This document shows, piece by piece, positions 9,615-18,046 of a stretch of DNA of 64,000 nucleotides. The first letter of the stretch is position 1. Each line of letters starts with the position of its first letter. A program made the translations under genes and the position numbers. The stretch lies in the NCBI GenBank assembly GCA_049294655.1, contig JBAQDI010000049.1:7347-71346 (forward strand), read 5' to 3'. The stretch is from Azonexus sp. (GTDB taxonomy: Bacteria; Pseudomonadota; Gammaproteobacteria; Burkholderiales; Rhodocyclaceae). The notes under the pieces were generated by a model, which saw nothing but the letters and a program-made list of their open reading frames with translations, searched no databases and was not told where the DNA came from.

Positions 9615-9768
9615 CGCCCTTTGTGGCGTACCAGATCTTTGCAAGCTTCGTCGCGCTTCGGCGCCTGCCCCCTGGATTCCAGAACTGCTGAGAAGCACGT
9701 CTTTCCCACCGGGAAACCCGGATAATGGCGGCCAATTCGTTTTTTCACGCCTTTTCTGGAATTCCCGC

Positions 9769-11961
9769 ATGGAAATCAAGGTCAATTTTCTCGACAAGCT
9801 TCGTCTCGAGGCCAAGTTCGACGACTTCACGGTCATCGCCGATCAGCCCATCCGCTACAAGGGCGACGGCTCGGCGCCGGGGCCGTTCGATTACTTTCTC
9901 GCTTCGTCGGCCTTGTGTGCGGCTTACTTCGTGAAGTTGTACTGCGACACGCGCAACATTCCGACCGAGCACATCCGCCTGTCGCAGAACAACATCGTCG
10001 ATCCGGAAAACCGCTACCAGCAGATTTTCAAGATCCAGGTCGAGTTGCCGGCGGATATTTCCGCCAAGGACCGGCAGGGCATTTTGCGTTCCATCGAGCG
10101 GTGTACCGTCAAGAAGGTGGTGCAGACCGGGCCGGAGTTCGTGATCGAGGAAGTCGAGAATCTCGATGCCGACGCGCAGGCCCTGCTGACGCTCAATCCG
10201 GATTCGGAGGCGAGCACCTATATCGCCGGCAAGGATCTGCCGCTCGAGCAGACCATCGCCAACATGTCCGGCATTCTGGCCGGGCTGGGCATGAAGATCG
10301 AGATCGCGTCCTGGCGCAACCTGGTGCCCAACGTCTGGTCGCTGCATATCCGCGATGCGCATTCGCCGATGTGCTTCACCAACGGCAAGGGCGCCACCAA
10401 GGAAAGCGCGCTGGCCTCGGCGCTGGGCGAGTTCATCGAGCGGGCCAATTGCAATCACTTCTACAACGACAATTACTGGGGCCCGGAGATCGCCAACGCG
10501 GCTTTCGTGCATTACCCGAGCGAGCGCTGGTTCAAGCCGGGCAAGAAGGATGCGCTGCCCAAGGGCCTGCTCGACGACTACTGTCTGGAAACCTATAACC
10601 CGGATGGCGAGCTGCGCGGTTCGCACCTCTACGACACCAATTCCGGCAATACCGAACGCGGCATCTGCGCGCTGCCCTACGTGCGCCAGTCGGACGGCGA
10701 GACGGTGTATTTCCCGACCAACCTGATCGACAACCTGTTCCTCAGCAACGGCATGAGCGCCGGCAACACGCTGGCCGAGGCGCAGGTGCAGTGCCTGTCG
10801 GAAATCTTCGAGCGGGCGGTCAAACGCCAAATCCTCGAAGGCGAAATCGCGCTGCCGGATGTGCCGGCCGAGGTGCTGGCGAAGTACCCCGGCATCCTGG
10901 CCGGCATTGCCGAACTGGAAAACCAGGGCTTCCCGGTGCTGGTCAAGGATGCGTCGCTGGGTGGCGAATTCCCGGTGATGTGCGTGACCCTGATGAACCC
11001 GTGCACCGGCGGCGTCTTCGCTTCCTTCGGCGCACATCCCAGCCTGGAAGTGGCGCTCGAACGCAGCCTGACCGAGCTGCTGCAGGGGCGGAGTTTCGAA
11101 GGCCTCAACGACCTGCCGCAGCCGACCTTCGAGAGCAATGCGGTCACCGAGCCGAACAACTTCGTCGAGCACTTCATCGATTCGAGCGGCGTCGTGTCCT
11201 GGCGCTTTTTCAGCGCCAAGGCGGATTACGAATTCGTCGAGTGGGACTTCTCGGGCGAGGGTGAAAACTCCAATGCCGACGAAGCCGCCACCTTGTTCGG
11301 TATCCTCGAAGACCTGGGCAAGGAAGTGTACATGGCGGTCTACGACCAGCTTGGCGCCACCGCCTGCCGCATCCTGGTGCCCGGCTATTCGGAAATCTAT
11401 CCGGTCGACGATCTGATCTGGGACAACACCAACAAGGCGCTGGCCTTCCGCGCCGACATCCTCAACCTGCACCGCCTCGACGATGCGGCGCTGGAAACGC
11501 TGCTGGAGCGCCTGGAAGAGAGCGAACTCGATGACTACACCGACATCATCACGCTGATCGGCGTCGAGTTCGACGAGAACACCGACTGGGGCCAGTTGAC
11601 GATTCTGGAGTTGAAGCTGCTGATCAAACTTGCCTTGCAGGACTTCGCAGCCGCCAAGGAACAGGTCGAGGCCTATCTGCAGTACAACGAAAACACCGTC
11701 GAGCGCGGCTTGTTCTATCAGGCCCTGAATGTGGTGCTCGAGGTAATGCTCGACGACGAGCTGGAACTGGCCGATTACGTGGTGAATTTCCGCCGCATGT
11801 TCGGCAACCCGCGCATGGATGCGGTGCTCGGCTCGGTGGACGGTAGCGTGCGCTTCCACGGTTTGACGCCGACCAGCCTGCAACTGGAAGGGCTCGATCG
11901 GCATCAGCGCCTGATCGACAGCTACAAGAAACTGCACATGGCGCGGGGCAAGGCGGCTTGA
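9769..11961 (+). CDS. OsmC-domain/YcaO-domain fusion protein with TPR-like C-terminus
   Basis: Residues 1-~130 are OsmC-like (GSAPGPFDYFLASSALCAAYFV). They are followed by a YcaO-like core (GKGATKESALASALGEFIERANCNHFY ... SNGMSAGNTLAEAQVQCLSEIFER) and a helical C-terminal region. Confidence 0.8.
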   Translation: MEIKVNFLDKLRLEAKFDDFTVIADQPIRYKGDGSAPGPFDYFLASSALCAAYFVKLYCDTRNIPTEHIRLSQNNIVDPENRYQQIFKIQVELPADISAKDRQGILRSIERCTVKKVVQTGPEFVIEEVENLDADAQALLTLNPDSEASTYIAGKDLPLEQTIANMSGILAGLGMKIEIASWRNLVPNVWSLHIRDAHSPMCFTNGKGATKESALASALGEFIERANCNHFYNDNYWGPEIANAAFVHYPSERWFKPGKKDALPKGLLDDYCLETYNPDGELRGSHLYDTNSGNTERGICALPYVRQSDGETVYFPTNLIDNLFLSNGMSAGNTLAEAQVQCLSEIFERAVKRQILEGEIALPDVPAEVLAKYPGILAGIAELENQGFPVLVKDASLGGEFPVMCVTLMNPCTGGVFASFGAHPSLEVALERSLTELLQGRSFEGLNDLPQPTFESNAVTEPNNFVEHFIDSSGVVSWRFFSAKADYEFVEWDFSGEGENSNADEAATLFGILEDLGKEVYMAVYDQLGATACRILVPGYSEIYPVDDLIWDNTNKALAFRADILNLHRLDDAALETLLERLEESELDDYTDIITLIGVEFDENTDWGQLTILELKLLIKLALQDFAAAKEQVEAYLQYNENTVERGLFYQALNVVLEVMLDDELELADYVVNFRRMFGNPRMDAVLGSVDGSVRFHGLTPTSLQLEGLDRHQRLIDSYKKLHMARGKAA

Positions 11962-12018
11962 TCCGGTTCGGATTACGAATCAGCCTGGATCAAGCGTAAC
12001 CGGGTGGCTCCCTGCGCT

Positions 12019-14295
12019 TTAGAGGGGCGACCGGGGCCCGGCCAGATACTTGAGCAGCAGCGAAAAAAGGATTTCCGGATGCACCGGCTTGGCGACGAAG
12101 TCATCCATGCCGGCCGCGAAGCAACGCTCCCGGTCTTCGACAAAGGCGTTCGCCGTCAAGGCGATGATCGGAACCTGGGCACCGTCGGGCAATTGCCGGA
12201 TCTGCCGCGTCGCTTCGAGGCCATCGAGGCGGGGCATCTGCATGTCCATGAGGATCAGGTCGTAGCGCTGCTGGCTGGCGAGTTCGACGGCAATGATGCC
12301 ATCCTCGGCGATATCGACGTGCTGGGCACAATCCTCGAGATATTCGAGCATGATTTCCCGATTGATCGGTTCGTCCTCGACGAGCAATATGCGCCGCCCC
12401 GGATAATTCTGTTTGAGCTGGGCTTCGGCCGACTCGACAACGGCCAGCGGCGCCGCCGGGGCAGACAACTCCTGCTTTTTCAGGCGGGCGCTCAGCCAGA
12501 AGGTGCTGCCGCAACCGGGAGTGCTGTCGACACCGACCTCGCCGCCCATCAATTGCGCGAATTTCCGGGTAATCGCCAGCCCCAGTCCGGTCCCGCCGTA
12601 ATTGCGGGTAATCGAATTGTCGGCCTGCTCGAAGCTGGAAAAGAGATGCGGAATGACTTCCGGGGCGATCCCGACGCCCGTATCCTGCACCTCGAAACGC
12701 AGCAGCACCTGCCCGGCATCCTCTTCGAGCAGGATGATCCGGATGGTGATGCTGCCGTGCTCGGTGAATTTGATGGCATTGGCCACGTAATTGAGGATGG
12801 CCTGCTGCAGCTTCGTCGCATCGCCGAGCAAAGGCGCCGGCAGCGGTGGCAGTTCGACGAGCAGTTGCAAATGCTTGCTTTCGGCACGTTCGGCCAGCAT
12901 CGACAGCACATTGCCGACGATGCTGCCGACCCTGACCTCGCTCTCTTCGAGGAGTAGCTTGCCCGCTTCGATCTTCGACAGATCGAGAACCGCATTGATG
13001 GTTTCCAGCAGGTGGCGGCCCGCCGCATCGATCTTGTCCAGCCGTTCGATCTGCTCCGGGCCGACCCCGGAGCGCCGGATCAGATGGGCCATGCCGGTGA
13101 TGGCATTGAGCGGCGTGCGGATTTCGTGGGACATGTTGGCCAGGAAGGTGCTCTTGGCAATATTGGCCGTTTCGGCCGCATCCTTGGCCAGCAACAGGGC
13201 GGTGGTGCGTTCGTCAACCAGTTCTTCGAGGTGATCCTGATATTTCAGGGTTTTCACATGCTCCTGGCGCAGCGCCGCTTCCGCTTGCTGGCGTTGCTGC
13301 AACTCGAGCAGTTGCGCCCGGTACAGACGCCAGATGATGGCCCCGCCCAAAGCGGTGAACAGCGTGAGCAGAAGCAGCATGCCGAGGGTCACCAGTCTTT
13401 CGTGCGCCCAGGATTGCATGTAGTTTTCGGCCGACAAGCCGACATTGACATAGAGCGGATACAGCGACGAATGCCGGTAGGCCACCGTCCGCTCGATGCC
13501 ATCGAGCGGCGTCACGGCCCGATAGACGCCGGACATGCTGTTTTGCGTCAGCATCTCCCTGAGTTGCGACGAGATACTGGTCGCCCCGATGTTCGTCCCG
13601 ATGCCCTTCGGCTCCGGGTGCCGCACGATGACGCCCATCGCCTCGTCGCGCAGGGAAATCGCTCCCTTCGCACCAACCTCGGCGCGCAGCAGCAATTTCT
13701 GCAAGGATGCGAGGTCAAGGGAGGCAATGACCAGGCCGAGCAGGCGGCCGTCGCCGGCGACGACGGGCCGCGCCAGATTGATGGTCCAGACACCGGTTAT
13801 CTTGCCAACCTGCGGCGGGGAAAGCACCAGCCCCTGCCCCGGGTTCTCTTTCAGGCGGCGGAAGTATTCACGCTCGCTGATATCGACCTGCCGTTTCTCC
13901 ATCCTGCGCAGCGGGGAATAACCGGCAAAAACCCGGCCATCCGCCCCCGAGTAGAAGAATGCCTGGGATTCCGGAATGTGTTTCCCGGTCTTCTCCATGA
14001 TGTCGACCTGGCTTCGACAGGCGCCGCCGGATTCGCAGACCGCCATTTCGGCAGCCATCACCTTGAGTGCCACATCAATCGTCCGGATCGTCGTCGTCAC
14101 CGACATTTCCAGGGTATTGGAGATATTGCTGGCGGCTGCAGCCGCGTCCTGGTGGTAGCGACTCCGGCTGTAATCGAGCCAGGCCAGCGAGCCAACAATG
14201 ATAACCAGGTCGATCAGCGCCAGCAGACCAAAAATCCAGGTTTTTGGCCGATTGGCGAGATGCTGGTTGAACGGCTCGGTTTCGATGGGAAGCAT
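12019..14295 (-). CDS. Hybrid sensor histidine kinase/response regulator with periplasmic Cache-like domain
   Basis: H-box [12 protein letters not shown], HATPase G-boxes (DTGVGI, GGTGLGL), and a C-terminal receiver ([13 protein letters not shown]...[13 protein letters not shown]). Two TM segments flank a ~270-aa sensor region. Confidence 0.85.
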   Translation of the reverse strand: MLPIETEPFNQHLANRPKTWIFGLLALIDLVIIVGSLAWLDYSRSRYHQDAAAAASNISNTLEMSVTTTIRTIDVALKVMAAEMAVCESGGACRSQVDIMEKTGKHIPESQAFFYSGADGRVFAGYSPLRRMEKRQVDISEREYFRRLKENPGQGLVLSPPQVGKITGVWTINLARPVVAGDGRLLGLVIASLDLASLQKLLLRAEVGAKGAISLRDEAMGVIVRHPEPKGIGTNIGATSISSQLREMLTQNSMSGVYRAVTPLDGIERTVAYRHSSLYPLYVNVGLSAENYMQSWAHERLVTLGMLLLLTLFTALGGAIIWRLYRAQLLELQQRQQAEAALRQEHVKTLKYQDHLEELVDERTTALLLAKDAAETANIAKSTFLANMSHEIRTPLNAITGMAHLIRRSGVGPEQIERLDKIDAAGRHLLETINAVLDLSKIEAGKLLLEESEVRVGSIVGNVLSMLAERAESKHLQLLVELPPLPAPLLGDATKLQQAILNYVANAIKFTEHGSITIRIILLEEDAGQVLLRFEVQDTGVGIAPEVIPHLFSSFEQADNSITRNYGGTGLGLAITRKFAQLMGGEVGVDSTPGCGSTFWLSARLKKQELSAPAAPLAVVESAEAQLKQNYPGRRILLVEDEPINREIMLEYLEDCAQHVDIAEDGIIAVELASQQRYDLILMDMQMPRLDGLEATRQIRQLPDGAQVPIIALTANAFVEDRERCFAAGMDDFVAKPVHPEILFSLLLKYLAGPRSPL

Positions 14296-14444
14296 GCTCC
14301 GGAAGCGAGGTGTGCGAAGGATTTACAGGATAGCGGCGGCCCCTGGAATAGTGGCACTTCGCACCTCATCCGGCAACCGCAAATTGCTGGCTGGAAGGCA
14401 TTTCCGGCGACTGTTCCGGGCAGTCGCCTGATAGTCAACAGACC

Positions 14445-15281
14445 CTAATTCACTCTGCCCCTTTTTATTCCGCTTCCTTTGGCTGGCGTACCCGGGTTAT
14501 TGATTCGACCAGCGGGCCGCGCCTCGTCTTCTGCGCGCGCGACTCGAATTATCGGTTTGTACTGTTGTCGCAACTCCCGGGCAAAATTCGAGGCGATCTT
14601 CTGGATGCCGTCATCGAAGCCCTCTTCTGCCAAGCCGGATTGATTTATCAACGACTCGAAGCTGGGAAATGAATACCTCGGATCTGACTCAATATAACCA
14701 TCCCCCGTATAGGTCGCGTACGTTCCATACGAAAACCAGGAATTCATCAGGTCTTCGCTGTTGGCCGGTTTAATCAGGCTGAACCAACCGGTGATCATGG
14801 GTTGATAGTCGAAGCGGAGTCGCCTCGAACACATGGCAAACTCGGATATCTGTACATTCAGCACCGCATCGTGACCGGCAAACGCCCGCATATTCACGGC
14901 GTCCTGCTCAGTACGACTGACTTCGCCACGGCCGGCCATGCGGATTGTGAAACCCAGGGCCTGCAGCTCGCGTCGCAAGGCCTTGGTGAATTTCTCACCG
15001 ATCTGCTGCCGGTAGCGTTGATGCTGGGTATCGAATTCGGCCGATTTGGATTTATCCATGATCGTATTGGCTAGCCCGGTCCATACGAAGCCAACCACGG
15101 GAAAGCTGCGATTGTCGGTAAACAAAGCCTCCGGAGAATCGATCGGCAGGAGCGTGATGGAAGCCAGCGGAACTGCGGTATCGACGGGCTTTTCTGGCGG
15201 AAGCGTGCGCTTGTGCGAGCAGGCAGTCAGCGCGACAAGGGATACTAGAACAATGGTCGAGACGAGTTTTTTTATGATCAT
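14445..15281 (-). CDS. Hypothetical lipoprotein
   Basis: Signal peptide with lipobox LVALTAC|S. No recognisable domain. Somewhat AT-richer by eye. Confidence 0.5.
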   Translation of the reverse strand: MIIKKLVSTIVLVSLVALTACSHKRTLPPEKPVDTAVPLASITLLPIDSPEALFTDNRSFPVVGFVWTGLANTIMDKSKSAEFDTQHQRYRQQIGEKFTKALRRELQALGFTIRMAGRGEVSRTEQDAVNMRAFAGHDAVLNVQISEFAMCSRRLRFDYQPMITGWFSLIKPANSEDLMNSWFSYGTYATYTGDGYIESDPRYSFPSFESLINQSGLAEEGFDDGIQKIASNFARELRQQYKPIIRVARAEDEARPAGRINNPGTPAKGSGIKRGRVN

Positions 15282-15506
15282 GGTGTGTGGTGGGATGGGG
15301 GGCAGGATGTTCCGTTTGAGCGGCTTTGCCCTAAACGGTTGAGATGGGCGCCGGCCGATTATATGCCAAATGCGTTTTCACCAAAGATCCAGTTCCCCGG
15401 CTTAATTGAGCGGGTTAGGCGACCGGCGCACTGCGCCTTGCCATCGTCGCAGTCGATTTTTACGTTATCCACAAGCCGTGAACTGGCAATCTGGGATAAT
15501 CCCGCC

Positions 15507-17354
15507 ATGCCGACCATTGCCCGCCTCCCCGACCTGTTGATCAGCCAGATTGCCGCTGGCGAAGTCGTTGAACGTCCCGCTTCCGTTCTCAAGGAACTGC
15601 TCGAAAACAGCCTCGATGCCGGCAGCAAGGCGGTTCAGGTGCATCTTGAGGAAGGCGGCGTCAAGCTGATCCGTATCACCGACGACGGCTGCGGTATCGC
15701 CCGGGATGAACTGGCGCTGGCCCTGACCCGGCATGCGACTTCAAAGATCGTTTCGCTCGACGACCTGGAGCGGGTCAACACCCTGGGTTTTCGCGGCGAA
15801 GCGCTGGCTTCGGTCGCTTCCGTCGCCCGCTTGGCGATTTCCAGCCGCGAACGCGGTGCCAGCCATGCCTGGAAACTCAAGGGCGAACCGGGCGCCGAGC
15901 CGGAACCGGCGGCATTGATGGCCGGCACCGTGGTCGAGATGCGCGACCTGTATTACAACACCCCGGCCCGCCGCAAGTTTTTGAAGGCCGAGGGCACCGA
16001 GTTCGCCCATTGCGCCGATGCCGTCAAGCGCCTGGCGCTGACCCGGCCGGATGTCGCCTTCAGCCTGTCGCACAACGGCCGCAGCCTGTTCCAGTTGGCG
16101 CCGGCCGATAGCGCGCGGCGGATTGCCGACATTCTCGGCGACGATTTCCTCGGCGCGGCGCGCCGCCTCGAAGCGGTCGCCGGGCCGCTGGCCATCGCCG
16201 GTTTCGCCATCGACCCGACACGGGCCGGTGAGGGCAAGGACAGCCAGTACGTCTTTGTGAACGGCCGCTATGTGCGCGACAAGATCATCAGCCACGCCCT
16301 GCGCGAGGCCTACCGCGACGTGCTGCACGGCAGCCGCCAGCCGGCCGTCTGCCTGTTCGTGAATATCGACCCGGCGCTGGTTGATGTGAATGTGCATCCG
16401 GCCAAGACCGAAGTGCGTTTCCGCGATTCGCGGGCGATGCACCAGTTCGTCTTCCACGCCATCCAGCGCACGCTGGCGGCGCCGGTGCAAGCGGCCGGGC
16501 AGCTGGCCGGCGATGAAAGTGCCGTGTCAGCCCCGCCGGCAGCGCCCAGCCAGACCAGCAGCTACACCCCGCACTATCCGCCGCCCTTGCGCCACCAGAC
16601 GACGCTCGGCGTCGCCGAACCGGCGGCTGCGGCTTATCTCGCCTTCGCCAAGGCAACGCAGAATCTCGGCAATGCCCAATACGCCTCGGCCAACCCGGCG
16701 ACGGCGCCGCAATTCGGCCCTGCGCCAACGGTCGACCGCGCTACGGGCGAAATTATCCAAAACAATGACGGCCCGCCGCTCGGCTATGCGCTGGCCCAGC
16801 TGCACGGCATCTACATCCTGGCCCAGAACGCGCGCGGCCTGGTGCTCATCGACATGCATGCGGCGCATGAGCGCATCCTCTACGAAAAGCTCAAGAACGC
16901 CTTCGACAGCCGGCAGATCGCCACCCAGGCGCTGTTGATTCCTGCCGTTTTCTCGGCTGATGCACTCGACATCGCCGCCGTCGAGGAACATGCCGAGGCG
17001 CTCGCCGAACTCGGTTTCCAGATCGCGCCGCTCGGCCCCAACCAGTTAGGTGTGCGCAGCGTGCCCGCCCTGCTGCAATCGGGCGATCCAGCGGCGCTGG
17101 CCCGTTCGCTGATCGGCGAATTGCGCGAGCACGGCATCACGCAACTGGCCACCGCCCGGCGTAACGAACTGCTCGCCACCATGGCCTGCCACGGCGCGGT
17201 GCGCGCCCGGCGCCAGCTGACGCTGCCGGAAATGAACGCCCTGCTGCGCCAGATGGAGGAAACCGAGCGCGCCGACCAGTGCAATCACGGCCGGCCAACC
17301 TGGACGGAACTGTCGCTGGCCGAACTCGACAAGCTCTTTTTGCGTGGCCAGTAA
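15507..17354 (+). CDS. mutL: DNA mismatch repair protein MutL
   Basis: MPTIARLPDLLISQIAAGEVVERPASVLKELLENSLDAG (GHKL ATPase N-terminus), a Pro/Ala-rich linker, and a C-terminal dimerisation domain. ATG at 15507 is preferred over the track's upstream start at 15285. Confidence 0.9.
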   Translation: MPTIARLPDLLISQIAAGEVVERPASVLKELLENSLDAGSKAVQVHLEEGGVKLIRITDDGCGIARDELALALTRHATSKIVSLDDLERVNTLGFRGEALASVASVARLAISSRERGASHAWKLKGEPGAEPEPAALMAGTVVEMRDLYYNTPARRKFLKAEGTEFAHCADAVKRLALTRPDVAFSLSHNGRSLFQLAPADSARRIADILGDDFLGAARRLEAVAGPLAIAGFAIDPTRAGEGKDSQYVFVNGRYVRDKIISHALREAYRDVLHGSRQPAVCLFVNIDPALVDVNVHPAKTEVRFRDSRAMHQFVFHAIQRTLAAPVQAAGQLAGDESAVSAPPAAPSQTSSYTPHYPPPLRHQTTLGVAEPAAAAYLAFAKATQNLGNAQYASANPATAPQFGPAPTVDRATGEIIQNNDGPPLGYALAQLHGIYILAQNARGLVLIDMHAAHERILYEKLKNAFDSRQIATQALLIPAVFSADALDIAAVEEHAEALAELGFQIAPLGPNQLGVRSVPALLQSGDPAALARSLIGELREHGITQLATARRNELLATMACHGAVRARRQLTLPEMNALLRQMEETERADQCNHGRPTWTELSLAELDKLFLRGQ

Positions 17355-17500
17355 GACCGCCACCGGCGAATAGCTCAAGCGCCAAGCTTGCCGAAAAGGG
17401 GGGGAAACCCCCATCGCCAGCCGGCGCCAAATCCGTATCATGAGAGGATCGTCCGCCGGTGCGCGCCGGCGTGCTGCGACAATTTCCCCAAAGGCCCCCA

Positions 17501-17881
17501 ATGAACGGCGAAGGCATTCCGGAGACCCGGAAAACAACGAATATCGATCAGCGCAAGCAGGATCGCCGCGCACTGCAGGAAGACCCGGCTGGCGAACTGG
17601 ATTTGCGCTGCGGCGAAGAATGTTTCCGCATCCAGGCGATCAACGATGTTTCCAATTCGGGCATCAGCATCTTTGCCGATCAGGCGGTTAGCGCGCCCGG
17701 CAAGGTGAGCATCGAATACGCCGAGGCCGGCGCCAGCTTCGAGGTCTATGGCACCGTCGTCTGGTGCACCCGGGCCGACACGATGCCGAGTCTGCGCGAC
17801 CGGACCATCCGCGGCCGCTACCTGATGGGCATCGAACTACTCAGCCCGCTGCTGCTCATCAACATGCTGCAGAAAGATTGA
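17501..17881 (+). CDS. PilZ domain protein (putative c-di-GMP receptor)
   Basis: RKQDRR (RxxxR) followed ~25 aa later by DVSNSG (D/NxSxxG). Start is uncertain (17459 or 17501). Confidence 0.6.
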   Translation: MNGEGIPETRKTTNIDQRKQDRRALQEDPAGELDLRCGEECFRIQAINDVSNSGISIFADQAVSAPGKVSIEYAEAGASFEVYGTVVWCTRADTMPSLRDRTIRGRYLMGIELLSPLLLINMLQKD

Positions 17882-18046
17882 AAACCGACCAGGGCACCGG
17901 CGCCGGAACCGGCCTCTCGCCGGATGGTTCGCGCCGCCAAATAATGTCCGATCAGCCAGTTAGCCAGCCTGACCGGCCGCCGACAACGGCCAGACTTGCG
18001 CTGGATCAAGCGGGCCAGCCGCTCCTGAGCGGACAATAGCGTCTTT

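Noticed and set aside
9745-11937. 730-aa ORF on the minus strand exactly mirroring the OsmC-YcaO gene
   Set aside because: It is antisense to a gene with clear domain motifs. The translation is Arg/Ala/Gly/Val-rich with no motifs, a typical GC-rich shadow ORF.
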